23,993 bases of DNA from Geosiphon pyriformis uo1 (taxonomy: Eukaryota > Fungi > Glomeromycota): positions 14,128-38,120 of the forward strand of contig JAAOMT010000642.1 of assembly GCA_016748015.1 (NCBI GenBank). The letters are read 5' to 3'. This document shows, piece by piece, positions 10,850 to 23,386 of this stretch. Under the pieces are notes generated by a model. The model ran no database searches, had not been told where the DNA came from, and saw only the letters and a list, made by a program, of their open reading frames with translations. Every line of letters starts with the position of its first letter. Position 1 is the stretch's first letter. The position numbers and the translations under genes were made by a program.

Positions 10850-13800
10850 TTTAAATCAAAAAAAAACTTGTATTATCAATTAACATTCAGTTATATATAC
10901 AAGAACCAAATATATTATAGTGTATTTTGAATCAAAAAAAACATAATGTTAGCTTTGACTGTATTTTCAGTTTTTAAAAACTTTATATTAAATAAACTAA
11001 GTTAGATTTATTTTTGTTTTATGTATAAGAAATTTGATTATGTTTTTTTTTTGTGTATATTTAATATATTATTAGTTTTTAAGACTAAATCTAGTTTTTA
11101 TTTTCTAGAATTTAATAAATATAGACTTACAGTTAACTATGCCAAAAAAGCTGTCTCAATTGCTTGTTTAATTTTTTTAACAGACTATTATAAATTTCAA
11201 ATTATTGGTTATAATGTTTTTGGTTTTTTTTTGCTTTTTTATTTTGTAGTGCTGTTTTTTCTAACACAATAATTTGTTTTTTTTATTTGTTTTTTTTTAA
11301 ATACTTACTTAAATGTTTTTAAATATTTTTTAAAACTTTTGGCTAAGCAATTTTCTGTAATTTGTGCTAAATTAAATTCAATATTTTAACTTCTTTTTTA
11401 GCTCTTCAATCTTTGCAGTTGTTAATAATTATTTTAATAGAAATTTCTTTTAATAATAATATAAATGTTTTAAGTTTACTTTTTTTTTTTCTGTTAATGT
11501 AATTTGTAATTTTTTATATTTAAATTTGAATAATAATAAAGTTTTTATTACCAAAATTAATGATTTAAAAACCAAAATAACAGTATTAAAGAGTTTTATT
11601 AATGTTGTTTTAATTTATTTAAATTTTTTTGTTTTTGGTATTAATCTTGTTTTTTTTAGTTTCTTAATAACCAGTTTTATTTAAAAAATTACTACATATA
11701 ATATTTAAAAAATAAACAATTTTGTTAAGTAACTAAATATTATTTATTAATACAAAAAAATAAACAATTTAATTTTAATACTTTTAAAAACAAAGTTGTA
11801 TAATAAAATTAAATCATAGATTATAAATAAATTTAATAAGATTAGAGTTTTTACTTTAGATATAGATTTTAAATATTTGGGTCTTAATATTATAGTTATT
11901 ATAAATAGTAATTTGGTTAAACATATTTGCAAAGTTTTAAAAATGATTGGTCAGCTTTTGTTAATATAACTATTGTTTAAAAGTTGTTTTTTGGTTATAA
12001 TTTTTGGTTTGTATACTTATATTATTTTGAAAAAAAGTTGATTTAAGCTTATAGCATTAATTTAATACTAGTTATAACTATAAACAATAATATATTTGTA
12101 ATTCTTAGTAGTAATTTTTATAAATATTAAGAAGAAATTTGGTGGTTTGTTTTTAATAAATACAAAATTATTAATAATTTCAATAGAAAATAGATATTGT
12201 TTATTTAAATAATACATTCTGTAACTAATATTACATTCTTAAAAATATAATATTAAAGTAAAAAAATGATTAAAAATTTTATATCTTTTAGATTTTTAAG
12301 ATTTTAAAAAATTTTAAGTCTGATAACTTAGAAAAATTTCAGATTTTGTTGAGCAAATAAATTAAACTAAATTTAAGTTGAACTGTAAAATTTAAAGATT
12401 TATTTAATATTAGTTTTAGTAAATTGAATATAAAATAAATATTAGTTCAATTTAAGAGAATTTACAGATTTTATAAGATATTAAAAGCCAAATTTGCTGA
12501 TAATAATTACATTAAAATTTCTATTACAAAACACATAAAAGCTTTTATTAACAATAAAAAACAAATAATTAAAAATATACTAAAAAAATCTTGTAGAAAA
12601 TTGTAATAAATAATTTAATTAATAATAATAAGTTGATTTTGAAGCTTAATTTTGTTAAAAATAAAATAGATTTAATTATAAAAAACTTAATCAGAAAATA
12701 TATTGATAAGAATATTGTTTTTTTTCTTAATTGTAATAGTTTGTTTTACTTAATTATATTAACAATAATATATTTTTTAATATTATAAAAAAAATTGCTT
12801 TAGATAAATTTTTATTGGTTATTAATAAATTTTTTAATAGTAAAGCTATAAATTTGTCTAAGATATCTAATAAAATATAAAAGTATTGTAAAAGTTTTAT
12901 GTTAAATCTGCTTTTAAGTTTGTTTAATAAATGTTTAGTAAAAAATAGTTTTTAATGTTTAAAAAAAATCTGAATCTTAATAATTCCTAAGTCTTATAAA
13001 TAGAAAAGCATTTTAATAAACACTAAACTTTTTGTTTTAATAGAAGTTATAAGAAAAATACTTTCAAAATTTTATTTAATAATATTTTAAGAATTTACAA
13101 TAAATTTAATATCTTAAAAGAAAACAATTTTTTAGTTTTAAAAATTATATTTATTTAATTTTTTATTTTTATTGTTAAATTAGTAATTAAGAATGTTTTA
13201 AATTTAGTTGGTGCTTCAAAATATGTACAAATTATATAATTATATAAATTAAATATATTAAAAAACAGTTTAATAAGAATAAAAATATATAAAAAATTTA
13301 TTAAATTTTTTGGTTATATATATAATAGATTTTATTTTGTCTATTAAATACAAAATTTATGATGGCTTAAATTAAAATAAAATGTTTTTTTTTTTTGTAA
13401 ATAATTTTTTACAACTTTTTTTTGTACAAAATAAAAAAATATAAATTTTTTTTAAATATTAAATTAATTCTAAGTTTATAAATTACAAAAATTAAATCTA
13501 ATATAAATTTAATCTTGTTTATAGCTATTTGTATATTTGTTAATAACATGATTTAAATTAACAATAATTATGCAATAATACAAAATATTTTAAATATTAT
13601 TAATAAGTTTTTTGAGATTAATAATATAGTAATCAAGACCAAAATTAAAAATATTTTATTAATTATAAATAGTTTTCTTATTTTAGTTGCTAAATTTGAT
13701 AAAACTTATCAATATTTAAGTATTTATTTGTTAACTAATGATTTTTTTGGCCTTAATTTGAAAAAAACAAATTTAGATATAAAGTTTTTTTTAATAGTTT

Positions 13801-15091
13801 TGTAAAAAACCATTTTTAATAAACAGGTTTTATATTTGGTTTTAACTATTTTAAAGCTTATTATTGGTTATAAAACTCAGTTCAGTTTTGTTAACAAAAG
13901 TATTTATAAGAGATAAAATTATTTAATTAAAAAAAATTTAAAGTTAAAAACTAATTTGTTCCAAAATTTACTAAATAAAATTATATATTATTATTTTTTT
14001 ATAATTTAAAGTTTTTTAATTAGATTTAAACAAAAAAAAGATGGTTTTAATTATAAATTTTGTTAATGCCAATAAAAATTTTGACAAATTTTTCAAATAT
14101 AAATTGTTTAATTTGTAAGTTTTAAGTTAGATCTTTTAAAATTCATTTTAGTTTTTAGTTAAATTGAAAATCAATCTTTTTAACAACTTTTTGGCTAATA
14201 TTACCAGAATTTTTTTGATCAATAAAGTTTTTTTGGTAGTTTACACACTTAGTACATTTTATTTTAAATATAATATTCTTGTTTTAGAAATTTTAAATTA
14301 TTTTAAATATTTTAGAATAGTTAAATCTCTTAAATATTCCAGTATAATTTTTGTTAATCAATTTCTAAACAGTTATAAGAAATATTTTACTTAAAAAGAT
14401 TTTTGTTATTAGAATAGTTGAATTTCAAAAACTTTGTTTTTTTTTGGTTTTTATTAATTTTAAAGTTTATTATTATTAGTTATCTGACCAAAAATTATTC
14501 ACTATTTTTTTAATTATTATTTAAAATAAAAGTATTATATACAAAAAATTTTAATACTGTTTATTTTGGTTTAAAAAATATTTGTTTGCCTAAATCACAA
14601 TTTTTACAGATAGCTTAATTAAAATCTTAGTTTGTTTAATATGGTTAATAGTATGTTAATTTATTTTTTTAAAATATAAATATAAATATAAAAATTCAAG
14701 ATTTATTTTTTTGAACTTTAATTATATTGTAAGTTATAATTTTAGCTCTTAAATGTGTTTTAATATTTATTAAAATTATAATTTACTTAGACAACCAAAC
14801 TATTTTAAATGTTTATTAGATAAAATTGAATTTTATTGTGCTTAATTTTTGCAATAGTTGCTAAGTAAAATATTATTATATAATTAATATATTTAATAAT
14901 AAAAATATTTTATTAAAATAATTAAAAATAAAGATATTTAGGTGTTTTTAATAATAAATATACTAAAAAACTAGCAAAAATTAGATTACTTTTTCTGATT
15001 TAATATTATTAATTAATATAAAAAAAAATTTTTGGTTACAAATAACAAAATTGTATTTAATAATATATATTACTTTATTAAATTTGGTTTT
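10850..15091 (+). mobile_element. Old non-LTR retrotransposon (LINE), left part: ORF1 C-terminal half, APE, RT and RNase H relics
   Basis: Colinear with the younger LINE. ORF1 relics KTCIIN*HSVIYTRTKYIIVYF and RLTVNYAKKAVSIAC. ORF2 start at ~11667 (ITSFI*KITTYNI*KINNFVK*). RT relics NSKAINLSKISNKI*KYC, LVLQNMYKLYNYIN* and IFVNNMI* (from FxDDTIW, ~13535). RNase H relic IL*VIILALKCV...IYLDNQTIL (~14720-14810). Confidence 0.85.
15082..15091 (+). repeat. Target-site duplication, left copy (ATTTGGTTTT)
   Basis: Identical 10-mer at 21745-21754; abuts the T-run that is the element's poly(A). Confidence 0.75.
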
Positions 15092-15219
15092 TTTTTTTAT
15101 ATTTAACAAGTGAGTCCCAAATGTTAACTAGTACAATATATCAAATTAAATAATTTAAACTAGATATAAATCATCCATTTTTTATATGTAACCAGTTACT
15201 CAAGCCAATTAAAGCAATA

Positions 15220-18200
15220 CTATAAATTTATTTTAACAATTACTGTACTATTAGTACCAGAAAAAAAATTGCTAGGCTTATAGAATTCAAAACTGATATC
15301 ATGTACTTTTATAATTTTAAGCAATTTGATAACATTATTAGAAAATAAAGACAACAGACCACAAATCTCAGGAAACACTAAACTATCATGTATAATTAGG
15401 CTTTTTTTTTCCATAATTACTTTGTATTTAGTTTTTACTAATTATACTTTTGTATGATAGATCATCTCCAAACTCTGCATTAAATAAATTACTTTATTAT
15501 TAGCAATTTTGACATTATCAAAAATAGAAACAGTTTCTGAGCATTATTTCTTAAACACAAAATTTTTATATAAAGCAATATATATGGCACTATTAGAAAC
15601 ACACAAAAAAAGCATTTGCAAAATTCAAAACAATAGCAAGCTTAAATCTGACATAACACTTCACTAAATTGAGCATGACTTAAGCAGACTTTTATAAGCA
15701 TCAGAGTCTATTAAACACAAAAAGAAATGATTAAAAGTTTCCATTTTCTTACAATAAAGACGTGACACATTAGAATATTCTTTATTATACAGACATTTTT
15801 GAATAGCAACTGGTAAGTAATGATACAAAGCTTTTATAAAATATGAATACAAATTAGCAATAGACTTACTCATAAAACCAGTCACTAAATACAAGTCAGA
15901 ATGCCAAACTGAAGACATCTGAGTCTAATTTACATTTCCATTTAAATCTTTGTTAATAATACCAGATTTAGACCCAACTTTTTAATGTGCTTGCTAAACT
16001 ATTCTAAAGACATTACAAGTTAAATAACAAATATTTTCAGAGACTATTACCCTATTAGTTTTAATGTATTTTTCTTTAACAGGAACATAAAACAGTAAAT
16101 TAGAGCAAGAAACCAAGTTAGCCAGCACATTAGTCTGTTTATTACCCAAAACACCCAAATGGTTTTTAATTTTAACTTATAAAACATTGAGCTTTTTATA
16201 TCTAATAAAATTTGTAATATTACATCTTTTGAGCCAACAACAATTATGAAATCTGGTATGACCATATTCAATTCTGTAGTATAAGCATCCAAAGCAGCCT
16301 GGCTATTTGAGTAAATTATAACAGAGCTGAAAACTAGAACACAATCCAGAGCCAAAGCTACTACTTACAATTCAGCCATTGTGAAAAAAATTAAGCCATC
16401 AAATTCAACTCCAATACTAAGATTCAGATTAGCAAAAAATATGACATTACACTTTATTTCACATGTATCCAAATTCTTCAAACACTTATTTGTGTAAACA
16501 TTAATAATATCTAAACTAGTATCAAAAAAACTTTGCTGTATTGCAGAGATGTTATTAAAACTGAAAATGTTTGAAAACTCTAAAACATTACTAAAAAAAT
16601 GAGCAACAAGACAGAAAAAAGCATTGGCCAAATAATTACAAGCTAGCCTAAACCAAACAGGGACTGGGCTCTTGGGATTAAGTTATTTTCACTGACAAAA
16701 CCTCTTTTAATCAAAAATTGCTCTTTTTTTATCATACAATTGTTTAACAAAAGCAACACCAAACCTCTTAAGCAATCTAAAAACATTATAGAATACTGAA
16801 TTTTCCAAAACAAAAGACATAGAAATACCACTTGAAAATTGGAAAGCAGAAAAAAAACTATTGTTAAAAAACATATCATAGTTTAAAAAAATTTTAATCA
16901 CACCAGCCAGGAAGTTGTTAACCAGACTAATCCTTAACCTGACCAAAATTTGCAAAGAATACACAAAAAACCAACTTAAAACTTGCAAATCCAAAGACCT
17001 ATAAGTAAAAAAATGACCAAGAATACTATTAGCATTCAAAAAACACAATATGAAAGCAGTCTTATTTTTAGCCTACATTTGCTCAAAAGACTGTAGGTTA
17101 TACAAAAATAGATAATAAAGAGCCTTATTGGGAAAATTTTAAGGCAAATCTGTCTTTATTTTTAAATCTTTTCTAATAACTGTATCTTATTTACTGTATA
17201 TACTCTTAGAAATAAAACTAAATTGAGTTTTGTATCTAATAATAAAGTGTAGCACTGCTAAAACCAAATAAAAAAACTGCTTATTTAAAATAGCTTTTTT
17301 TAAGACCACATTAGCAAAAACCCTGACATCCAAGTGTATCTTTACTAAGCTAGGCTTAAACAAACTCTTAAAAAACAAAAAAATACCAAAATACCTATAA
17401 AATTTACCGTTTTGTGCAACCAATATTGGCAGATCACTTATTGATAATAAGACATCCTTAACTCTTTGGTTAATGAGAATGGCTATTGTTTTTTTATTAT
17501 TGATTGAAATGTCATTAATTCTAAAAAAATTACTTGTAATGTCTAAAATATATTAAGTAATAGCATAATTATTCCTCACCCAAATTGTGTCATCAATAAA
17601 AGCCCCAGCAGCCAAATGTAAAGTCAATCTGCTCTGGGTTTTTATTTTTCCAGTTTTAATGACAAATTTAATATTAATATAGTAACCACATAAGTTTTTA
17701 TGTTTCTTGACTTTACACAAAAAAGGGTCATAAAAGATCCTTTAAAGCAAAGATAAGAAAACTTTGCTCTGGTCTAGACTATCATGTACATAGTATCTAT
17801 TAGTAAGTTCATAATCTGTCATGATTCAGTTTACCTTATTATTGTAAATACTACTGAAAAAACTAACAAAGTGTTTACACATCTTAATCTGAACCAAACT
17901 ATTCTTTAGATAATGCCAATTAACAGAGTCATATGCTTTTCACATATTCTACAAAACTAGCCAAAGTTTATGACTTTTTTCCAAAGCATTTTCAATTATC
18001 AAGCCCATTACAAAAATAAAAGATTGAGTAGTAGTGCCCTTTAATACAGAGAAATTATTCCTACATAAAATGTCAAATCTGCTGTATACTAACAAAATTC
18101 TATCAAAAAGCAACTTGGAAAAATTTTTCCAAGTAGTTTCAATTAAAACAATTAGTTTAGTATTAGTTAAGATTTTTTCTCACTCATAAAGCTTAAAAAT

Positions 18201-19813
18201 TATTAATATCTAAGCTTTTTTCTAAGAACAAGACATCAATTTATGCACCAAACAAGAATTCAAGAGATTCAAAAGCATTACAAGAACAGAATTATCACAA
18301 TATTTTCAAAGTTTATTGGTAATATCAGACAAACCAGTAGCTTTTTCATTAGGCAAATTCTTAATTACCCATAACAGATTATTAAAAGTAACAGTATTTA
18401 TAATTCTAGAGAAAACAGTATTGTTAACATAAGCCAATGGTAAATATTAATAGCTCTATTAGTCAGAAACTCCACTTGTTACCAATTTTTTTCTCATCCA
18501 GTCTTCTATTATCTTATTAATTTTAAATTTAACAATATTAAGATCTAGAACTAACTTATTATTTACCACCAAATGATTTAAAACTACTTTTCAAAAAAGA
18601 TATTCCAGCATACTTCTAATTATGTAATCCTTATTGACTGCAAAACTCTCTATTTTTTTAATAATAGCTAATTTAATTTCTGATTTTTTGGCTTGCAAAA
18701 ACTAGCAAACAAAGTCTTATTAATGATTAAAGATGCTTATCAAGTTATTAAAGACTTAAATACACTATTAATACCTTTATATAAAGACTTGATAATTTTT
18801 TACACCAAAATTTCTAACTTATGAAACTTAAAGAACTTTTTGATAAAAACACTATCAAAGTTCTTGAATCATATTTTTCTGAAAACTTTATCTGCTGAAA
18901 AACACACTACTTTGCAAACAGTATTCTACATAGTATTCAGATCTGAAAATTTTTTGAACATAACAAACTCACCAGAAAACATAGCTGTATTAGCTGCTGT
19001 AGTCTCCTTAAACTTGCACCACTTTGCCTCATTAGCATTTTTAAAGTTGAATTTTCAATAATCTTTAATTGCTTGTTTGCAAAAAGAGTTCAACTGCATA
19101 TTTAATAATCCATCCGAATTCATAAACACAGAAACAGCTTGGTAATCAGTATCAAAGTGTTTACTAACATTCAGAATATTGTAATATACTATTATATTAA
19201 CCAAGTTTAAAGAGATAAATACATAATCAATTGTTTTTTTGGCACCTCTTAAATTCTTTTAAATAAAACTATTTGCTACTGAACTCCTTAACAAAAAATT
19301 AACCAACTTTAAATCAAAACACTTCTTGAAACTAGTGCATCTATGGAAACCATCCTTATTGAAATTTCCATCCAAGATAACAAAAAAAGATTCATTTACA
19401 GCTTTTGCAATTAATAAGTTAATGTTTTTAGCCTAAGCTAAACAAATTATTAGCACTGTATCAACATACAATTCTAAAATCAAAACAGAAAGTTTATTTT
19501 TAAAGAGCAATCTAACCAACAGAAGCTGGCCAAAATTCTTAAAAATCTTGTATACATGTCTTGCCAAAGAAATATTCATAATAATCATAATTCCAAAACC
19601 CAGATAACCAGAATCCAAATTAGAAGTGAATACATAAAGACCATCAAACTTGTCAGCAATCTATAGATAGACTTTTCCCTTTAGCTTTGTCTCAATAACT
19701 ATTGAAATCAAATTGTTTATATTTTTGTGCCAACAAATAATGTTAACTTGCTTAGCAGGATTGTTGATACCCTTAATATTATATGTAGTCATCTTCCAAA
19801 TAAGATTAGTTAT
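15220..19813 (-). pseudogene. LINE ORF2 (endonuclease, reverse transcriptase, RNase H), disrupted
   Basis: APE: IWKMTTYNIKGINNPAKQ...IETKL, VILDGNFN, KTIDY. RT: LPNEKATGLSDITNKL*, KAYDSVNW, AGAFIDDTIW (~17590). RNase H: VYTNKCLKNL...TMAEL*VVALALDC...IYSNSQAALDA (~16280-16500). C-terminal zinc-finger relic SRLYCKKMETFNHFFLC. Ends IVKINL* at 15220. Confidence 0.9.
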
Positions 19814-21593
19814 TGAAAGAAACAAGTATTAGAGCCCAAACCAGCATTGTTCACTCTGGCCAATAGGCTCATAATTGTGTTTGACAAATTGCTTAAAGTT
19901 TCTTTTAATTTTAAAACAACTGAAGGATTAAAACTTACCATTCTTATAATAGTCTCAACACTAATAATCACACTTGAGCTCTCACTTATTACTATATTCA
20001 CCCTCTAATTTTGTAATAAAAAAGTCATCAATAGCTGACACCCAGAACTAAACTGGAAAACCATTGGTTCAAGTGCATCCAACTTCTTAGCCAGCTTAAC
20101 TACTTGCTTTACAAGACTGTTAAAACTGCATTTAAGAGTGGCTAACTTATTATTTAATTCTATAGTTATCAGTAAAATAAATTTTATTACCAAAAAGGAA
20201 CCAGAACCAACCAAATTATTTTATGCAGGAAGAAAAGAAAAAGAAAACTCATTAACAATCTTAGTCCAAGAGATACTACTAAAAGAAACAGGATAGATAA
20301 TCAGCACTAAATGTTTAGCATAAATAAATGCCAGTCTGCTTTTATTTTTTTCTAACAACATTTTATGAAATAAACTACCAAAAAAAGTTTTTCTACTTAT
20401 AGAGCAGTCTAATGAAATATAACCCAATTTTTCACACTTAGCATATTTTGCTGAACTTAAATAAAACCAGTACAGATTGGCACTTTTTAAAACCAGCATA
20501 GTTTTTATAATAGTATTTAATAATTCAATTGATTTAAAACAAACAACCACACATTTTGTTTGAGCATAAGTAACTAGATGTTAATCAATAACACATGTTT
20601 TCTTATTCACAGACCCAATAAAATTTTAGATGTTATAAGCATTTGTTTTCATTAACAGTATATAGAGCAGTGCTTTATAATCATCTCAAAAATCCCATGT
20701 TTTTTGTCTCTATTAGTCTTAATTACACAAACTGCATCTTTTTTAATTAAGATAGACCACTTTGCCATGATTAAATTAGCATGATTTACTTTATTGAATT
20801 TAATCACAGCTTTTTGCCACAGCCCTACCAACTGCATTTTGATTGACTTAATTAATTCAAACTCAGAAAGCACAATATACATAGTCTTAGCTGATATTTC
20901 AATTGGAATTTTTTTTATTACTACAGCTCAATTTGATTACACAGCAGATTTTTTGAGATTGGCATTTACTGTGATCTTCACATTCTTTGTTATATCAGAC
21001 AGTTAAGTCAAGCTTGATTTAAAAGTAAATGTTGTTTTGACAATCTCAGTAAATTTTAAGAAGATAGAGACTTCTTCAAAACTATTGATTTTCAAAAATA
21101 ATTTTTTGACCACTACCAACTTCTCTTGAGAGAACTTTTTAATTATTTTATTCAAGCCAATATTCAAAGCAAATAATTTCCTAACCAGAATATTAACCAA
21201 AATTTTCAAAGAAAGAGAAAAATCCAGAAGAGTGTTTAATAAAATATTATCATTATTGTTATTACTCAAAAAATTAATTTTTCTCAGTAGCTTTTTCAGA
21301 ATTTTTTTGGTCTTAACATATAAATTCTTTAACATTTGGTTGGTATTTTTGTTATTAAAAGTGACTCCACTACTATAGTTAAAGTTAGTTTCCTTAATTA
21401 ATTACTTCTCTTCTATGTTAACACTATCAGACTTAATAGTATTGCCAGTTTTTGACCCCTAAAAATAACTATTCAATTCCTTAACAGAAGCTTTTTTAGT
21501 CTTGGCATTATTATTTAAAACACCATCTTTTTTTTTTGACAGTACAGATTTAAAACTATTTACTAAACCAGTATTTTTAATAGTCTTTTTTAT
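19810..21593 (-). pseudogene. LINE ORF1 (gag-like nucleic-acid-binding protein), disrupted
   Basis: RRM-like segment LSEFELIKSIKMQLVGLWQKAVIKF, eroded CCHC knuckle KYAKCEKLGYISLDC, and a coiled-coil-like C-terminus. The presumed start ATG now reads ATA at ~21593. Confidence 0.8.
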
Positions 21594-21744
21594 AATAGTA
21601 ATACTAAAGCCAACAGTAGTTTTATAATCAAGCAAAAACGATTTTAATTTATCATACTAAATGATAAAAAAACTTTTTTCAAAAAACTTTTGAACTTTTT
21701 ATTGGGAATTTGGAACAAAGAAAAGAAAGAAGTTTTTTTTTTTT

Positions 21745-22020
21745 ATTTGGTTTTAATATTGTAAACTTTTACATATTAATAATATTAATTAATATTTTGC
21801 TATTTTGGTTTAGTATTTTAACTTATATATAGTTATTAAATATATTAGTAATATTATTATTGGTTTATATATATATATAATAAAAAATTTACATAAAAAG
21901 TTAACTATTATAATTAAAAAAAAACTTTATAATAAGTGCTATTAATCTTATTTATAAAATAAACCATAAAAAAAAATATAGTATAAATAATTAATAATAA
22001 AATATAAAATTATTAGAGTA
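21745..22020 (+). mobile_element. Old LINE, right part (ORF2 C-terminal region), resuming after the nested insertion
   Basis: Begins with the right TSD copy. Relic ILV*YFNLYIVIKYISNIIIGLYIYIIKNLHKKLTIIIKKKLYNKCY matches SSVWHSDLYLVTGFMSKSIANLYSYFIKALYHYLPVAIQKCLYNKEY of the younger copy (15664-15918). Confidence 0.72.
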
Positions 22021-22027
22021 TATAATA

Positions 22028-22135
22028 TCAAAAATTCCAGAAATTTTAAAAATATTAGCAAAAATACCAAAAATTTCAGAAATATTAAGAATTTTAGCAA
22101 TAATTCAAAAAAATTATAAGAATTTTAGAAATTTG
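22028..22135. repeat. Degenerate short-period tandem repeat (~9-bp units resembling AATTCCAGA/AATTTTAGA)
   Basis: Recurrent AAATTCCAG / AAATTTCAG / AATTTTAG / AATATTAG units. Confidence 0.45.
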
Positions 22136-22149
22136 ATATTATAAAAATT

Positions 22150-23200
22150 TATGTATATATAGCAAAAATATTAGAAACAAAAAAAACAAACAAGTTTAAT
22201 TAAAAACAAGTTGAATTTTATTTTATAAAATAACTTCTATAATTAATAATTTAACACTTAAAATCTACAATTATTTTAAATAAAATTATTAATTATATTA
22301 TTTAAATACAACTTTATGTATTTCAATTTATTTTATTGAATCTTAATTACTTTTACATTAATATTAATAATATTAAAACAATAATTTTTAATTATAATTA
22401 TTAATAAAATATTAATTTTTATTATATTTTTTTCTTTTTTGTTTTGTTTATATTTATTAATTGATTAAAAAAAACACTAAAATTATAATATTAAAAATTG
22501 TTTATAAAAAATGTTAAGATAAAATATAGAATATAATTAAAAAAACTAAAATTGCTTATTAAAAGAGTAAAAAATACCAAAATAAACTAGTTATTATGTT
22601 AAAAAAATTAGATGTTAAGTGTTGTCTACTATTATATTAAATCTTTGTTCATTATATAAAAAACTTTATTATTAAAATCTTTAGATTAACTAATTAATAA
22701 ATACAAATACAAAGTATATATTGTAACAATATAAAAATTTTTATTTATAGTTTTATATATAGCTTGAATTTTTGTATTTATAAAAAATTATTGTAAGTTT
22801 TGGAAGTTTTTAACTAATGTAAACTTGTTATTTTTTGCTGTGTTTTAATCTTTGTATTTAAGTACCAATAATATTAACTTATATTTGGCTCTAAATAAAG
22901 GTTTTGTGTTTAAGTTTTGGCTGGCTAAAGCTAAAGCTGTTTTTGTAAATATAAATTGGCCATTTCCTATTTAGTTGATTTTGTGTATAGTTTGGTCATA
23001 AGTTACAGAAATAAGATTTTTCTATCCAACTCAAAACTCCGAATGGAATTGGAGAAATGTGGTTTGTTGTATAATGTGAAATCAGTGCTAATTGTCATTT
23101 GATTGCCTTTTGAAAGAGGTGGGTCATTTATTGGAAGTGGTAGTTCCAGGATTGGATATTTGTTTTTTACTAGTGCTAGCATGTAAATCTAGTTGTATAG
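22150..23200 (-). mobile_element. Unclassified degenerate repeat-like sequence
   Basis: CpG-poor with broken coding-like frames; AT content rises towards the LINE nest. No diagnostic domain recognised. Confidence 0.3.
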
Positions 23201-23386
23201 TATTGCCTTGATCGGCCGAGTGGCTGGTCACGTTTAATTTAGAACTCCATGTGGTCGTATTGTATTATATAGTGATTGGGCTACACTCGTAAAAAACACA
23301 AAACTGAAAATAAAAGTTTGGATTAGAAATTAAAAATAAAGCAATAATAATCAGTCTTTATTTTTCTATCTATATTTGTAATTAAA

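Larger units (their letters stand above)
15092..21744 (-). mobile_element. Full-length (6653 bp) inactivated LINE: ORF1 plus ORF2 (APE-RT-RNase H-zinc finger)
   Basis: Poly(A) seen as T11 at 15088-15098, a 10-bp TSD, two ORFs with recognisable domains, many stops and frameshifts, and almost no CpG. Confidence 0.92.

Noticed and set aside
10770-13230. Gypsy/LTR gag-protease relic
   Set aside because: My first impression; translation instead matches LINE ORF1, APE and RT in order, and I found no LTRs or PBS.
11021-14394. ORF-track hydrophobic ORFs (11021-11272, 11747-11932, 14164-14394) as membrane proteins
   Set aside because: They are F/I/L/K/N-rich artefacts of GC>AT erosion of the old LINE, or its antisense.
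15220-21335. Many short ORFs as separate genes or an operon
   Set aside because: The minus-strand ORFs are colinear fragments of one LINE ORF1/ORF2; the plus-strand ones are antisense shadows.
3650-21593. Alternative genetic code (stop-codon reassignment) explaining the in-frame stops
   Set aside because: Stops replace Trp, Gln and Arg codons by transitions and co-occur with frameshifts; the intact lipase-like gene uses the standard code.
22028-22135. CRISPR-like array
   Set aside because: Units are ~9 bp, degenerate and lack spacers, and the context is eukaryotic.
23185-23225. Helitron 3' end (palindrome plus CTAG)
   Set aside because: The hairpin is weak, the spacing atypical, CTAG is not followed by T, and no Rep/helicase is seen.
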